Positions 62,638 through 64,000 of a DNA stretch of 64,000 bases are shown one piece after another. Numbering within the stretch: position 1 is the first letter of the stretch; each line of letters starts with the position of its first letter. Made by a program: the position numbers and the translations under genes. The stretch comes from Vicugna vicugna (Eukaryota). Under the pieces are notes generated by a model. The model was not told the DNA's origin. It was given only the letters and a program-made list of their open reading frames with translations, and ran no database searches. The DNA is taken from assembly GCA_013265495.1 (NCBI GenBank), contig MU058198.1, forward strand, positions 1,686,419 through 1,750,418, read 5' to 3'.

Positions 62638-62720
62638 CAGGTGTGTAGAAAGGCTGCTTCACTGACATCCTGCTCTGCCTGGAGACTGATATCTGGCCAA
62701 GCTTTGGTGAGAAGCAAAAA

Positions 62721-62884
62721 ATGTCCACCCGTTACCACCAAGCTGCTAGTGATAGCTATCTGGAACTTCTGAAAGAGGCTACGAAGAGAGATCTGAATCT
62801 TTCTGATGAAGATGGCATGACTCCCACACTCCTGGCAGCCTACCATGGGAACTTGGAAGCCCTAGAAATAATCTGCTGCAGAGG
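62721..62884 (+). CDS. ANKS4B: ANKS4B coding exon 1 ([55 protein letters not shown]); gene continues beyond the window
   Basis: Near-identical to the recalled human N-terminus with ankyrin repeat; GG|gtaagt donor. Confidence 0.97.
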
Positions 62885-64000
62885 GTAAGTTCAGTCTGAT
62901 GGTTTTGATTGGAAACTGCGTTCGGTAGGATTTTACAGACAGCAGCAAGAGGCAGCGAATTACTTAAAAATTTTTGATCTCTTCCCAGTCTGTGTAAATG
63001 ATTGTCTTATTAGAGAAAAGGAGAAAACTGCCCAGAGATGCTCTCTTTCCACACTGAGAACCAGCACCTGGGGAGTGATCCCGTATAAGCCACATGCACT
63101 GAGATTCTGCACTCTAAGGCTCTACTATTTGCCTTGGAGGGGGCAGATATTTTAATTCTATGCCTTTAAAAATCTTTTCCATGACATGTAAATGCATGAC
63201 TCTTTAAAAAGAGATCATTGCTCTATTTCATTTTAAGATGTCAACTTTGAAACAAATAATGCGTTTTTATTTTTTCATCTACGCCATTAAATCTCACAGC
63301 CTTTTTAAAAAAAAGTACTCAATCCTAGTGCAAGCTCATGATTCTTAGATGAAATTGCTGGCTTTACAAACTATTAAAGGGACCTTCAACCTGTCTTAAT
63401 TTCATTACCTCTCAGACTGTTAGATACATACATGCACACATACTCCCCCTGCAAATTCTACCAGAAATTAGCTAGCTCTTGTCCTCTGTTTGTTACTGGA
63501 GGGGCTCGGCCGTGTTGGCAACTATCACCCAAGAAGGGTAAAGAAAGAAAAAAAGAAAATGTTAAGTAAAGGAGGCAAGTGAATTTATTTCAATCCAATA
63601 CATATTTATGTATGCATATTTATACTTATATGTATTTATACCTATCTGCAATGTGCCAGCCATTTTGCTAGCCACTGGGGATGTTGTGTAATTGATAAGA
63701 AAGATATGGTTCCTGTCCTCATGATGATTAGATTTGAGAGAGGTAGACAAATGTCACATATGATAGGTGTTACAAAGAGGGAGAGAGGGGGCACTAAATA
63801 AATAACACAGATATCTGTCCCAATCTAGGTAGCGAGGGAAGGCTTTCCTCAGCATTTAAGCTGAGTGTTGAAAGGTGAGAAGGAGTTGGCCAGATCAAGT
63901 GGAAGAAACAGTGTTTCCCCCAGGTGAGAGCACTGCATGCTAGGCTCTGAAGAGGTCGAGGACGGCTGGATGTGGCTTGACTGGAAAGAAGCCAAGTTGT

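Noticed and set aside
62436..62846. 136-aa ORF antisense to ANKS4B exon 1
   Set aside because: Antisense shadow of the coding exon and promoter; no independent support

Overview
Mammalian genomic DNA, very probably a camelid (two tRNA-derived SINEs of the camelid type, plus an artiodactyl-like ZP2). The window carries the conserved block DNAH3(-) / LDAF1=TMEM159(+) / ZP2(-) / ANKS4B(+). It contains the 5' exons of dynein heavy chain DNAH3 running off the left edge, and a CpG-island promoter (~12.9-14.4 kb) shared by DNAH3 and LDAF1. LDAF1 has a complete 4-coding-exon CDS (161 aa). ZP2 has a complete, intact 18-exon CDS (2154 nt, 717 aa, all GT-AG and phase-consistent). Coding exon 1 of ANKS4B follows, with HNF4/HNF1 promoter motifs. 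The rest is mostly L1, MIR, MaLR/ERV LTRs and hAT/Tigger relics. Gene and repeat names come from recalled homologues, not database searches, and repeat boundaries are approximate unless a TSD is quoted. I found no convincing new multi-gene system. The most notable items are: (1) an open, phase-symmetric latent copy of the extra ZP2 exon known from human, sitting in the last ZP2 intron with a CGG instead of CAG acceptor; (2) an unidentified ~860-nt stop-poor, splice-site-bounded decayed coding-like segment between ZP2 and ANKS4B; (3) a MER53 hairpin with a miR-1302-like arm in DNAH3 sense orientation; (4) a tailless U6 retrocopy; (5) alternative DNAH3 first exons, one nested antisense in LDAF1 intron 1.
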